A DNA stretch of 64,000 nt from Ignisphaera sp. (GTDB lineage: Archaea; Thermoproteota; Thermoprotei_A; Sulfolobales; Ignisphaeraceae): the NCBI GenBank assembly GCA_038821645.1, contig JAWBDT010000001.1:1-64000 (forward strand), written 5' to 3'. The notes under the pieces are model-generated. The model made no database searches and was not told the origin of the DNA. It was given only the letters and a program-made list of their open reading frames with translations. Shown one piece after another: positions 31,161-40,988 of this stretch; position 1 is the stretch's first letter, and the number at the start of each line of letters is the position of its first letter. The translations under genes and the position numbers were made by a program.

Positions 31161-32210
31161 GTGGTTGTAATGGATTACGATGATATTGTTATAAGATTTG
31201 ATGTAGTTATAGAGTATAAAGGTTATAAAGTTCTCGACAGACGTGTAGCATCAATATTCAAGATGCTGAAAGAGAGAGGATCAATGCTTAGTGCTTCTAG
31301 AGCTTTAGGTATTCCCTACTCTAAGATATATGATATTATAGCTAGAATCGAGCGTATAACAGGTAAGAAGATTGTTGAGGCTAAGAGAGGTGGTAGAGGT
31401 GGTGGTGGAGTAGTACTAACAGAATTCGGTGAGAAGCTGATCTCGCTTTATGAAATAGCATTGATAAAACTCATCGAGTCAGGTCTATCTAGCTACAGCC
31501 AGTCAGTATCGAGAGAAAAAGGTCTTGCTGTAGCTCATAGCCACGATCCAGTTCTCTCTGTGGTATTTTCTACTCTATCTAGAGATGGTGTAGAGGTTAA
31601 CAGTATGTGTCTGGGTTCTGGATTATCTCTAGCTATGTTAAGTCTTGAGCTTGTAGATGTAGCATGCATTCACCTCTATGATCCTGAATCAAAAACATAT
31701 AATACTTCATATCTGGATAGATTTTGGTTAACAGATAGAGTTGAACACATAGGGGGATATCAACGTGAGATAGTTTTCATCTATAGAGCTGATCTAAAGT
31801 TTAAGTCTATTGAAGATATTCTCCACGGCATTGTTACCGGTGAACTAGTTGTAGCTAGTAGAAATAGAGGCTCTGGAACTAGATTACTTCTAGAGAGTCT
31901 TCTAAAAGATTATACGAATAGATTTTCACTAGATTCAGCAAATGTGAGAGGTATTGGGAAAGAGCTTTATACACATGATGATGTTGCTGAACTTATAAAG
32001 AGAGGAGAAGCTGATGTAGGTTTAACTCTTAGATATGTAGCTGATAGACATGGGTTAAAGTATATGCATGTTACATGGGAATTATACGAATGTTATGCAT
32101 TAAAGAGTCGAAGCAATAGTTATATAGATAAATTCAAAAACATTCTTCATTCACAACAATTCAAATCCATATTAACCAAAATACCTGGTTACAGACCATA
32201 CACAATTTAA
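31161..32210 (+). CDS. modE: ModE-family wHTH regulator fused to periplasmic-binding-protein-type domain
   Basis: 'GSMLSASRALGIPYS', 'RGGRGGGG..LTEFG', 'SHD', 'GSGLSL', 'NRGSGTR'. Confidence 0.88.
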   Translation: MVVMDYDDIVIRFDVVIEYKGYKVLDRRVASIFKMLKERGSMLSASRALGIPYSKIYDIIARIERITGKKIVEAKRGGRGGGGVVLTEFGEKLISLYEIALIKLIESGLSSYSQSVSREKGLAVAHSHDPVLSVVFSTLSRDGVEVNSMCLGSGLSLAMLSLELVDVACIHLYDPESKTYNTSYLDRFWLTDRVEHIGGYQREIVFIYRADLKFKSIEDILHGIVTGELVVASRNRGSGTRLLLESLLKDYTNRFSLDSANVRGIGKELYTHDDVAELIKRGEADVGLTLRYVADRHGLKYMHVTWELYECYALKSRSNSYIDKFKNILHSQQFKSILTKIPGYRPYTI

Positions 32211-32283
32211 CGAAACTATGATGTAGAGGTTTATTTAAACAATAATTTTGTATTAAAAAATAAAATCAATTTGTTAGAAATAC

Positions 32284-33795
32284 CTAATTCCGGTTGCCTC
32301 GTTTCAGTAAGCTTAAGATAATGAATACCGTTAGTGCTAATGCTGTAGCAGGTAGTGTTGAATGGATCCACAGAACCCTGTACAGATATATGTACCATAG
32401 GATTCCTGTCAAAGCTCCTATAACCATAGACGTTATGGCGCCTTCTTTTGTAGCTTTTCTCCAGTATATACCTATTGTTACAGGACCTATGAAGCATGCA
32501 AATATTGTTCCAAAAGCGGCACTAACTATATCGATTATAAGTCTGTTTTCAATTAATGCAAGTGCTATAGGTATTAATGAGAAAGCTATTGCAGATAATT
32601 TTGCTATACGGAGTAGTTTTTCCTCATCTTTTACATTCTTAGCTATCTGAACAATATCTCTCACGAGTGTATTAGAGAGTGTTAGAACAGTCAGAGCTAT
32701 AGTTGACATTGATGCTGCAACAGGTGCTGCTAGAATCAAGCCTCTTACACCTATGGGAGCTATTAGCGATATTGTTTTAGGTATAACCCAATCAGTATCC
32801 TTCATGAGCTGAGCAACTTCCTGAGCTGAGAGATGTTTATCTAGTATAAGGTGGCAGAAAGCTCCTAGTGAGAACATAAGAGATGCATAAATAGCTACAA
32901 GTAGAGGTCCTATGAGTCTTCCTCGAGATATAGCTTTAACATCTCTAGCAGCATAGAACTGTATCAATAGGTTTGGTAAAGCTATTTGAGCCATACCTAT
33001 CGAGAAAGCTATACTCATTATTAGTATCGGAACAGCGTTTTTCTCCATAGCTGGTGGTGGTCCCATACCGTCGAGCTTTAACCATAGTGATCCAGGTTTA
33101 CCTGCAATAGTTGTTTGAGAAAGCTGTTGAATCCCGTTTATTGGTCCTCCTACATGGCTCATTATGTAGCTAAATGTTAGTATAGCGGCTATAATCATTA
33201 GCGATCCGAGGAACAGATTGTTTATAGCTGCAGCCTTCAGTCCACCGATAACGATATATATTATGACAGGTAGAGCTAGCAATAGTAGAGCGTAGTTGAG
33301 GTCTATTCCTAGCTGTGTCGAAAGTATTACTGCACCACCTTTGTAAACACTTACAAGATATAGTGTGAAGAGAGATATAATTATTGTAGCTGCTATAGCT
33401 CTGGCTAAGACACTTCTATATCTATGTTCTATTAGTTCCGGTATACTCATAACCTTGTTCTTAGAGACGTAGTCGAATAGCTTACCTGCTACAGCTATCC
33501 ATAGAATTACAACACCTATAACATGCCATGCTGTTAGCCATGCTCCAAACCCTAGATTGTATAGATAGGTAGCTCCTCCTCCACCTAGAAATGATGCAGC
33601 ACTAAAGTATGTAGCCATTATGGAGAATGCTAGTAGCCATGGACCTAGGGTCTTGTTGGCAAAGATGAATCCTGTGAGTGTCTTGCTAGCTCTATAGCCT
33701 ATGAACCCTATGGCTATAGTTAGACACATGACTGTGAATATTATGACTGTATCGATATTGATTGTAGAGCTGAACGCCACAATGAGTCTATTCAC
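32284..33795 (-). CDS. sodium:solute symporter (SSS family)
   Basis: 'ATYFSAASFLGG', 'GGLKA', 'AASMST'; many TM segments. Confidence 0.92.
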   Translation of the reverse strand: MNRLIVAFSSTINIDTVIIFTVMCLTIAIGFIGYRASKTLTGFIFANKTLGPWLLAFSIMATYFSAASFLGGGGATYLYNLGFGAWLTAWHVIGVVILWIAVAGKLFDYVSKNKVMSIPELIEHRYRSVLARAIAATIIISLFTLYLVSVYKGGAVILSTQLGIDLNYALLLLALPVIIYIVIGGLKAAAINNLFLGSLMIIAAILTFSYIMSHVGGPINGIQQLSQTTIAGKPGSLWLKLDGMGPPPAMEKNAVPILIMSIAFSIGMAQIALPNLLIQFYAARDVKAISRGRLIGPLLVAIYASLMFSLGAFCHLILDKHLSAQEVAQLMKDTDWVIPKTISLIAPIGVRGLILAAPVAASMSTIALTVLTLSNTLVRDIVQIAKNVKDEEKLLRIAKLSAIAFSLIPIALALIENRLIIDIVSAAFGTIFACFIGPVTIGIYWRKATKEGAITSMVIGALTGILWYIYLYRVLWIHSTLPATALALTVFIILSLLKRGNRN

Positions 33796-33889
33796 CCCTC
33801 AACTCTTTGTATACACTATATACTATACCTAGAATGAGTACCGCTAGAGATACTATGTATCCTAAAGCTATTGAGAGATCTAGCTCCAC
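33788..33889 (-). CDS. symporter small accessory membrane protein (33 aa)
   Basis: MELDLSIALGYIVSLAVLILGIVYSVYKELRGE*; single TM, AGGTG SD upstream, 3' end overlaps the symporter GTG. Confidence 0.7.
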   Translation of the reverse strand: MELDLSIALGYIVSLAVLILGIVYSVYKELRGE

Positions 33890-33982
33890 AATATTCAACA
33901 CCTAAGAAGCATACAATATAGTTGGGACCACTTAATAAACTTTACTTGTATATCTCTAAACACCTAGCTTATGTTCATTAAT

Positions 33983-34252
33983 CTATATCAGTCCATAGTC
34001 ATCTAGAAGATCTAGGACTTTCTTCAACTCTTCATAAAGCCTTATACCTTTATCTGTTATACGTATGAACCTAGTTTTTCCACTACTGTTCATCTCTATA
34101 ATTTTTCTCTCCTCTAGTTCCCTCAAAAGCTTTACAAGTCTGTCGTAGGGCATGTTGACGAGGGTTGCTAGTTTAGTTGGATTTGTTTCACCTTGAATAA
34201 GAATCTCGAGAACTTTGAACACTATCTCAATCCTACTTCGCTTTCTGCCCAT
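33983..34252 (-). CDS. small winged-helix transcriptional regulator
   Basis: 'KRSRIEIVFKVL...PTKLATLVNMPYDRL...L....ITDKG'. Confidence 0.85.
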   Translation of the reverse strand: MGRKRSRIEIVFKVLEILIQGETNPTKLATLVNMPYDRLVKLLRELEERKIIEMNSSGKTRFIRITDKGIRLYEELKKVLDLLDDYGLI

Positions 34253-34797
34253 AGCCTTGATACCTTTAGACTATTGTGTACAGCTAGAGCAACAGCTGAT
34301 GTACTTCTTACAGATTCAGAGATTAGTAGAAGTATGGGTGTAAACTCAACACTAGCTACTACAGCTAATGCTCTCAAATAGTATGATAGAGAAAGCATTA
34401 AAAGAAACAATCTAATAGATCTTTTAGCTTCTATAGCTACATAAGATGAAAGTAAACCTGCTACAATATCGGGAACTAGTATCAATAAAATTGTTGGCAT
34501 CATAATGTACATTTTATTCTCTATATGTCTCTGAAGAATCATTATAGTAAAACTCGCAATAGCTGTAGTAGCTGTTGCTACATATAGAGCTGTAGCTATC
34601 CTTATATCGCTAGAGAGTATAGAGAGAAGCACACATAATTGACTAAGCGAGAGAAACATAAAAGATAGGAAGGCTAGTGCAAGTTCATCTCCACCAATCT
34701 CTCTATAGATCTGTAGAAACCTTAGAGCTGTATAGAGGAAGGCTGTAAAACCTATCAACTCTAAACAAATTAGTACTAGACCATAGAGCAATAACAA
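34222..34797 (-). CDS. integral membrane protein
   Basis: About 6 hydrophobic segments; overlaps the wHTH gene by 31 nt. Confidence 0.65.
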   Translation of the reverse strand: MLLLYGLVLICLELIGFTAFLYTALRFLQIYREIGGDELALAFLSFMFLSLSQLCVLLSILSSDIRIATALYVATATTAIASFTIMILQRHIENKMYIMMPTILLILVPDIVAGLLSSYVAIEAKRSIRLFLLMLSLSYYLRALAVVASVEFTPILLLISESVRSTSAVALAVHNSLKVSRLWAESEVGLR

Positions 34798-34802
34798 TCA
34801 CC

Positions 34803-35285
34803 TCAACGAGGTATATACACAAACCTTATACTATCCATATAAACCTCTACGGGTATAAACATCAATCCTCTAGGCGTTCTAAATAGATAGCCTATGGAAA
34901 CAACCTTTGTACCATTCATGTATCTGGCGAGTTCCTCTCCATCAATATACTTCTCTTCATCTAAAGACTTATATCTAGACATAAACATAATGGGCACAAG
35001 ATCACCATTAACCACTAAAACACCTACTTTAGAATCTCTCCACATAAAAAATCCCTTAATCATGATTCTAGAACCTCTGAGAGCTGTATACCCATAAACT
35101 CCGTGGATAAACCTTGGAGGTGGTCTAGGAATAGATAGATACTGAAATGCATCTTCAACTATTTGCTCAACAGGTTCTTGCTGATCTATTGGATAGGTCA
35201 AGTATACTGCTAGCGGTATAGATAGAACTATTAATACAGATGCTATAGAGAGCATCACTATAGCCATTCTATCCATAAGCTTCAC
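34803..35285 (-). CDS. membrane-anchored hypothetical protein
   Basis: N-terminal TM followed by a beta-rich domain. Confidence 0.6.
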   Translation of the reverse strand: MKLMDRMAIVMLSIASVLIVLSIPLAVYLTYPIDQQEPVEQIVEDAFQYLSIPRPPPRFIHGVYGYTALRGSRIMIKGFFMWRDSKVGVLVVNGDLVPIMFMSRYKSLDEEKYIDGEELARYMNGTKVVSIGYLFRTPRGLMFIPVEVYMDSIRFVYIPR

Positions 35286-35335
35286 AGCATAGCTACAGAA
35301 TATATGTTCAGATGTATATAAAAATACTGTTTAGA

Positions 35336-35854
35336 CTATCTTATAACACTATCATCATCTAGAGCCTCAATCCACATACTACTGAATCTATCACTAATTG
35401 ACATTCTGTTTTTCAAGATTCTTTCACACTTAACAATCTCTATAACAAATCCATTAATTACATCTATATAAACTATAGTCCTATTTTCACCATTTTTAGC
35501 TAGTATAACAACAGCTTTATCTGCTCTCATAACGATAGAACCATCTCCTTGAACAACGAACCTCACAATAGGTTTGATTACAGTTATACTATACCCGTTT
35601 TCAAGTAGAGTAGAGGCATTGGGGTCAGATCTAAGTATATTTTCGATTCTAGTTCTATACTCATCACTAACCTCTACAATATAATGTCTCAGTATTTCTC
35701 TACTCAATCTAAATCTATAGAACCATCTAGATTTATCCTCGATAGCGTTTGGTATATTTCCTATATTGTATTGAGCATAAGCATAGCTTAGGGTAACTAC
35801 TATAGCAATAGCTATGACTATTATAGCTACTAAGAGTATAGGTCTTCTGTGCAT
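35336..35854 (-). CDS. secreted/anchored hypothetical protein (possibly PepSY-like)
   Basis: Signal peptide ending 'AYA-Q'; 'SDPNASTLLENGY', 'IVYIDVINGFVIEIV'. Confidence 0.6.
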   Translation of the reverse strand: MHRRPILLVAIIVIAIAIVVTLSYAYAQYNIGNIPNAIEDKSRWFYRFRLSREILRHYIVEVSDEYRTRIENILRSDPNASTLLENGYSITVIKPIVRFVVQGDGSIVMRADKAVVILAKNGENRTIVYIDVINGFVIEIVKCERILKNRMSISDRFSSMWIEALDDDSVIR

Positions 35855-36305
35855 AAAATTTCACCTGTTCATGGAGTAAAAGTTATAGCAAAGTATTTAA
35901 GTAGGACTCACAGAATGTGTGGAATTATCTACTGAGTTATTCACAAACATCTAGAATCATATCATCGATGCATACTCTTGTGTAATAATCTATACATCTT
36001 ACAAATGAGGGTAATGTCGTATGTAGAAACAGCTATACTAGATAAGACGTGTAAATACAATCACACATATATCTTTAATATGTCTTATGGCTATACATAA
36101 AGTACAGCTTAACTTGAATGAGAGACCTTTAGTACAATTCATAACAAATGTTGTAATGATCAAGACAAAAGTCGCTAATGAAACACATAAAGGAATTATG
36201 GTATAGCGGTAACCGATCACGAGAGTACTTACTACGGGGAGATTCAGTAAATAGTATCTATGTTTCTCTTCCAGAATCCGTTTATTAAGTATTATACAGA
36301 GCTTA

Positions 36306-36977
36306 CTAGGGATAGTGAGATGTGTATAGTTTACCGTTTACTAGAAGTAGATCTTTATCAGAATTATAGTTTTGGTATAGATCTGTAGTTGTTATGATAA
36401 TTGCTGTACCTTTCTCATCTATATATTTTCGAAATATCTCCATAACTTTGTGTGCTGTATTGTCATCTAGGTTCGAGATAGGCTCATCACCTACAACTAG
36501 TATAGGGTCTTTGACAAGTGCTCTAGCTATAGCTATCCTCTGTTTTTCACCACCACTCAATTCATCTGGATATCTATACATCTTATCTTCTAAACCAAGG
36601 TATGCTAGAATATCGCTAACCTTTTTTCTTCTTTCGTTTCTTGGTATTCCTAGAAGTTTGAGTGGTAACTCAACATTATCTGCAACGCTTATCGATGGTA
36701 TTAACTTGAACATTTGGTCTATGTAGCCTATGTATTTAAGTCTCAGAAAAGCTCTTTCACTTTCATTTATATCTGTTATATCTCTATTCATAAACTCTAG
36801 AGAACCTTCATCAGGTTTAATGAGAAGAGATATGATTTTAGCTAAAGTTGTTTTACCTACACCACTTCTACCTCTAACAACAACTAGTTCTCCAGCTTCT
36901 ACAGCTAGATCTACATTATCTAAGATCTTTTCTCTTCCCATCCACTTAACTATAGACAATAATCTGATTATATACAT
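36306..36977 (-). CDS. LolD/MacB-type ABC ATPase
   Basis: GRSGVGKTT, 'NVELPL', LSGGEKQRIAIARAL, DEP; H-loop His replaced ('ITTTD'). Confidence 0.9.
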   Translation of the reverse strand: MYIIRLLSIVKWMGREKILDNVDLAVEAGELVVVRGRSGVGKTTLAKIISLLIKPDEGSLEFMNRDITDINESERAFLRLKYIGYIDQMFKLIPSISVADNVELPLKLLGIPRNERRKKVSDILAYLGLEDKMYRYPDELSGGEKQRIAIARALVKDPILVVGDEPISNLDDNTAHKVMEIFRKYIDEKGTAIIITTTDLYQNYNSDKDLLLVNGKLYTSHYP

Positions 36978-36982
36978 AGTCT

Positions 36983-38587
36983 CTACCTCATTAACAATCC
37001 TAATACTGTTCTACAATCATAAACTCTATTCAATGTATTAATGTACATCACCATACTCTTTATGTTGTGTATCGTTAGAGATATTGCATATCCTTTATCG
37101 AAGTTATCTCTATAGAGAATAACTAGAGAATCTCTATAGCTTCTATTGGTGTAAAGGTAGTTGATTAGAGCAAGAGGATATACAGATCTTCTGCTACCCA
37201 TAAAGTAGAATACTTTAGCATCTCCTAGAATCTTGGTGTTATCTATAGATGAGATATACATATAGTTTAAGCTATGTACTTCTGATTCTCTATAGATCCA
37301 GTAGAAAATAGTCCTATCTCTACCTAAAACAATGTTGTATACACTAATTACGTTCATCAACACAGTTATCGAAACTATGAAGAATATAAAGATCTTTAAA
37401 ATACTGTTGCGAATTCTAGAGACAATGTATCCCATGAGAAACGAACTCATTAACGGAAGATAGTTTAGAATTCTGTGGAATATCTCCATAAGCTCTGGTC
37501 GACTGAAATATATATACATAATGTTTATAGAAAGTGCTGTAGCTATCCCCAAAACTAAGGCTCTATCTATATCCATTTCTTTAGGTAAGAAACAGAAAAG
37601 CGGTAGCGGTATAGCTAGAGGTACTATGTATGGAACAATATCGATTCTTTCAAAAGTTACTCCATAAGCCAGTGAATAGACAATGATAGCTACAGTCATG
37701 AATATGACTATAGAGGTTATAGAGAGAGTAGAGGTTTTTCCGATACCAAGTTGGATAACCAGAGCATAGCTTATATAGACAAATAATGTGTAGAATACAT
37801 ATAGAGCTATATCCTCAACAGCTATTCTATATCTAAAACCATATCCACCGTAAATAAAATAGTAAAGAGCGAACACTATTGCAAAAATACTTGAAGAAGA
37901 TATAAATAGTTTGAATCCTTTCCATACATCTTCTCGTTTCTTCGGCTTTTCTACGATATAGTAGATCATTACTATAAGTATAGTGCTGATCATAAACTCT
38001 AGAGTTAGAAGCGATGTAAAGTGATGTGTAGTAGATATTGTTATGAAGAGAAGAAATAGAATAAAGTAAGTAGCGAAATCAATTCTTCTCCTCTCTATCG
38101 AGACAACCATAGTCAAAAGGATTAGATAGAGAAAAACATGGGCATAGACCTCTTTGAGTATAGATGACGAGAATAAGGCTAGAGATGGTGTAGATACATA
38201 GTACAACGTTATGGCAATGGCTACACCCTTACGAAGATTTACAGTATTCATTAAGAGGTATATAGAGAGTATCTGTATAGATGTTACAACTATCACATAT
38301 AGGTAGCGATAGATTATCTCTACGTTTGTTCCAGTCACTAGCGAGTATATCGCTATAGATATAGGTAAACCTGGCCACCTATTGTTGTATCCATCAAAGT
38401 GATCATCCATCCATATACGTACTTCAGGATTCTCGACAATAGTTCTACTCACTTTTATCAAAGGCCATACATCTGTTGAAAAAGGCTGGTTATAGACTGT
38501 TGTAGGAGTGACTCTAAGTATTACGGCAAAAACTATGGTTGCTAAAAGAGCTATAGATGCTCTATATAGTTTCTTCTCTATATCCAT
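36983..38587 (-). CDS. polytopic membrane protein, GT-C-like
   Basis: About 13 TM; acidic first external loop 'STDVW...DGYNNRWPG'; 'THHFTS'; C-terminal soluble domain. Confidence 0.55.
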   Translation of the reverse strand: MDIEKKLYRASIALLATIVFAVILRVTPTTVYNQPFSTDVWPLIKVSRTIVENPEVRIWMDDHFDGYNNRWPGLPISIAIYSLVTGTNVEIIYRYLYVIVVTSIQILSIYLLMNTVNLRKGVAIAITLYYVSTPSLALFSSSILKEVYAHVFLYLILLTMVVSIERRRIDFATYFILFLLFITISTTHHFTSLLTLEFMISTILIVMIYYIVEKPKKREDVWKGFKLFISSSSIFAIVFALYYFIYGGYGFRYRIAVEDIALYVFYTLFVYISYALVIQLGIGKTSTLSITSIVIFMTVAIIVYSLAYGVTFERIDIVPYIVPLAIPLPLFCFLPKEMDIDRALVLGIATALSINIMYIYFSRPELMEIFHRILNYLPLMSSFLMGYIVSRIRNSILKIFIFFIVSITVLMNVISVYNIVLGRDRTIFYWIYRESEVHSLNYMYISSIDNTKILGDAKVFYFMGSRRSVYPLALINYLYTNRSYRDSLVILYRDNFDKGYAISLTIHNIKSMVMYINTLNRVYDCRTVLGLLMR

Positions 38588-39734
38588 GTATCTTCACCGT
38601 AGCAAGTCCAATGAGTGTGAAGAATAGTATGTATATTGATGTAGCTAGAAGGATATCCTTTGATATAGCTACCTTAAGTGGATAACCTACTATTGTTAGA
38701 GAAATAATGTTTGAGAGCATTTTAGTAGTTATTAACGATAGCTTTATTGATGTAGCTATAAATATGACTAGAACTATGGCTAGAGATATCTTTATCTTGA
38801 TACTAGATACACCTTGCTCATACAGTATCTCAAGATTATGGCTATTCATTGTAGCAATTGATTGACCAATCATGTATAGACCTATAGACATTATGAAGGC
38901 TGTTGCAAAAGAGATGAGTATGTAGATATCTCTAGGTAAACCTAGTCTAGATACAAGCATTTCAGTCATATGCTCATATACATGAGGCCTGATTTCTCTA
39001 CCAATATACTTTAAAGCTACAATAGCTCTCTCCATTAGAGACATTCTATCTCTATCTAGACCAAGTCTCTCAACAAAAACTAGATAATCTTCTCTCGAGC
39101 TAAACACTACAACAGCCATAGATACATAGCCTTTAGCTACACCTCTGATAGATTGTGCCAAACTTATCGAGGATAAGAGTTCATAATTATATGGATAACC
39201 AGCATCTATTATCCCTGAGACTCTTAGGATAAGGGGTATAGACAAGAAAGGAGATGAGAGTACTATAACATCTCCAACATGTATGTTAAGCTCTTCAGCA
39301 ATATTTTTGCCTACCCATATGCAGTAAAAACAATGTCCATCTATATCTCTACCATCAATGATTCTATAGTCTGCAATAATCTTAAGATCTTTAGCTTCGA
39401 TACCTCTAACAATTACAGCTCTAGAGTTATTGATATAGGCTATCACTAGGATTTGATAGAAAATGTATTCAACATCTTGAACATCCCTAAGCATGTTTCC
39501 GAGAACATCTGTAGATACAAGTGATGTGAAGGGAGCAAGAGCATAACTAGAGACCACTACTACAGGTTTTTCTCTAAATACCTCAGGATATACTATCACT
39601 TCATAGATGTTGTACAGAGACTGTAGATAACCTAAAACAGTTAGTAGAACTGTAGATATAATAAGCATGGATGTGAATATGAGAATACAGCTTTTAATGT
39701 TTATGAGTTTTAGTATCTCTATCAACCATCTCAA
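38562..39734 (-). CDS. FtsX/LolE/MacB-type ABC permease
   Basis: TM, large external domain ('VRGI', 'GKNIAEELNIHVGD'), then 3 TM. Confidence 0.75.
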   Translation of the reverse strand: MRWLIEILKLINIKSCILIFTSMLIISTVLLTVLGYLQSLYNIYEVIVYPEVFREKPVVVVSSYALAPFTSLVSTDVLGNMLRDVQDVEYIFYQILVIAYINNSRAVIVRGIEAKDLKIIADYRIIDGRDIDGHCFYCIWVGKNIAEELNIHVGDVIVLSSPFLSIPLILRVSGIIDAGYPYNYELLSSISLAQSIRGVAKGYVSMAVVVFSSREDYLVFVERLGLDRDRMSLMERAIVALKYIGREIRPHVYEHMTEMLVSRLGLPRDIYILISFATAFIMSIGLYMIGQSIATMNSHNLEILYEQGVSSIKIKISLAIVLVIFIATSIKLSLITTKMLSNIISLTIVGYPLKVAISKDILLATSIYILFFTLIGLATVKIHGYREETI

Positions 39735-40723
39735 GACCTATCACCAGTTCTTCTAATAATTATTGCTACAGACAAGGTTACGACCAACAGATTTATTGCT
39801 ATAGGTATCGCTAATGAACTAAATACAGGTAGAGAAACAGCAAACATATATATACCTAGGAGCTTCAAGATCCATAGACCTATATGTAGAGCTACAACAC
39901 CTACTGAAACACCATAGAGTATACCTACACATGCTATAGATAGGACAGCTAGATAGAAGCATAGTTCTATAGATCCTCTATCTAGACCTATATTATAGAG
40001 TACCGATATCTCATCTCTATATAGGTTCCACACTCTATCTATAGCTAGATACATAGCTATGAGGTAAGGAGCTACAGTAAATATAGAGAGAAATCTTGCA
40101 ATAGATTCTATACTTTTGCCAAGGTCTTCAACTATACCTTGTATTGAGTAGTTATAGTAGCCTCTACAGAAGTTAATGGTATGTCCATAACCATCTATAT
40201 TATTTGTAATAGCTATATAGCCTAGATATTCATTGCCATCGTGTAAAGCTATAACAGTTCTATTGATACAATAACCCTCTATACATATAGTAATATCTGA
40301 ATCTACATCTATGTCATAGAGTTCAGCTATACTTCGACCTATAGAGAGAAAATGCTTATAACCATTTCTTATCTGTTTAAGTATCTTGATACTCATGATC
40401 TCTTTATATGTATCGAGATTGTCTACAGAGTGTATCTGTATGGAGAAGCTCTTATTTTTATAAACAATATCCGCATAGAGAACACGAACCACTGCACAGT
40501 TGCTGTAATAAGTCATATCCACATAAACTGAAGTCTGTCTACTATAGAGATCTAGAATCAATTCAGTCTGTCTATATAGAGTCATTATAGAGCTAGAGAA
40601 AACTGTCACTATAGCTATCGGTAACGATATAGAGATTATAAAAAGAAGAAAGGCTTTACTACGCAAGAAAATAGCTAGCAACACTATGAATGTATGTACT
40701 AAAACTCTAAGACTGTTACCCAT
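39731..40723 (-). CDS. second FtsX/LolC-type ABC permease
   Basis: TM, external domain, 'RDEISVLYNIG', then 3 TM. Confidence 0.7.
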   Translation of the reverse strand: MGNSLRVLVHTFIVLLAIFLRSKAFLLFIISISLPIAIVTVFSSSIMTLYRQTELILDLYSRQTSVYVDMTYYSNCAVVRVLYADIVYKNKSFSIQIHSVDNLDTYKEIMSIKILKQIRNGYKHFLSIGRSIAELYDIDVDSDITICIEGYCINRTVIALHDGNEYLGYIAITNNIDGYGHTINFCRGYYNYSIQGIVEDLGKSIESIARFLSIFTVAPYLIAMYLAIDRVWNLYRDEISVLYNIGLDRGSIELCFYLAVLSIACVGILYGVSVGVVALHIGLWILKLLGIYMFAVSLPVFSSLAIPIAINLLVVTLSVAIIIRRTGDRS

Positions 40724-40988
40724 AATATCTAGCCAAATCCTCTTATACGATTACACTAAGATATAGACCCAATAAATAAACTAAAATGTCTCATAGATAT
40801 AAAAACTCAATTAATTGATTCTAGAATGCATAGAAAATGATATAATCTGTATAAGATCTTATTCAGAGGCTGTAGTGGTTATGATCAAGAACAGAACTAG
40901 TGAATTGAGGGAATAAAATCCAGTAACAATGATTCATGTGTATACTTATTGTGTCATCTATCTGCAGTAATTTCTCTAGGTTACTGTT

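Noticed and set aside
35855-36305. 450-bp gap with a 60-aa ORF (36038-36220), considered as an IS remnant or sRNA
   Set aside because: No terminal inverted repeats, transposase motifs or GC-rich structure were recognisable.
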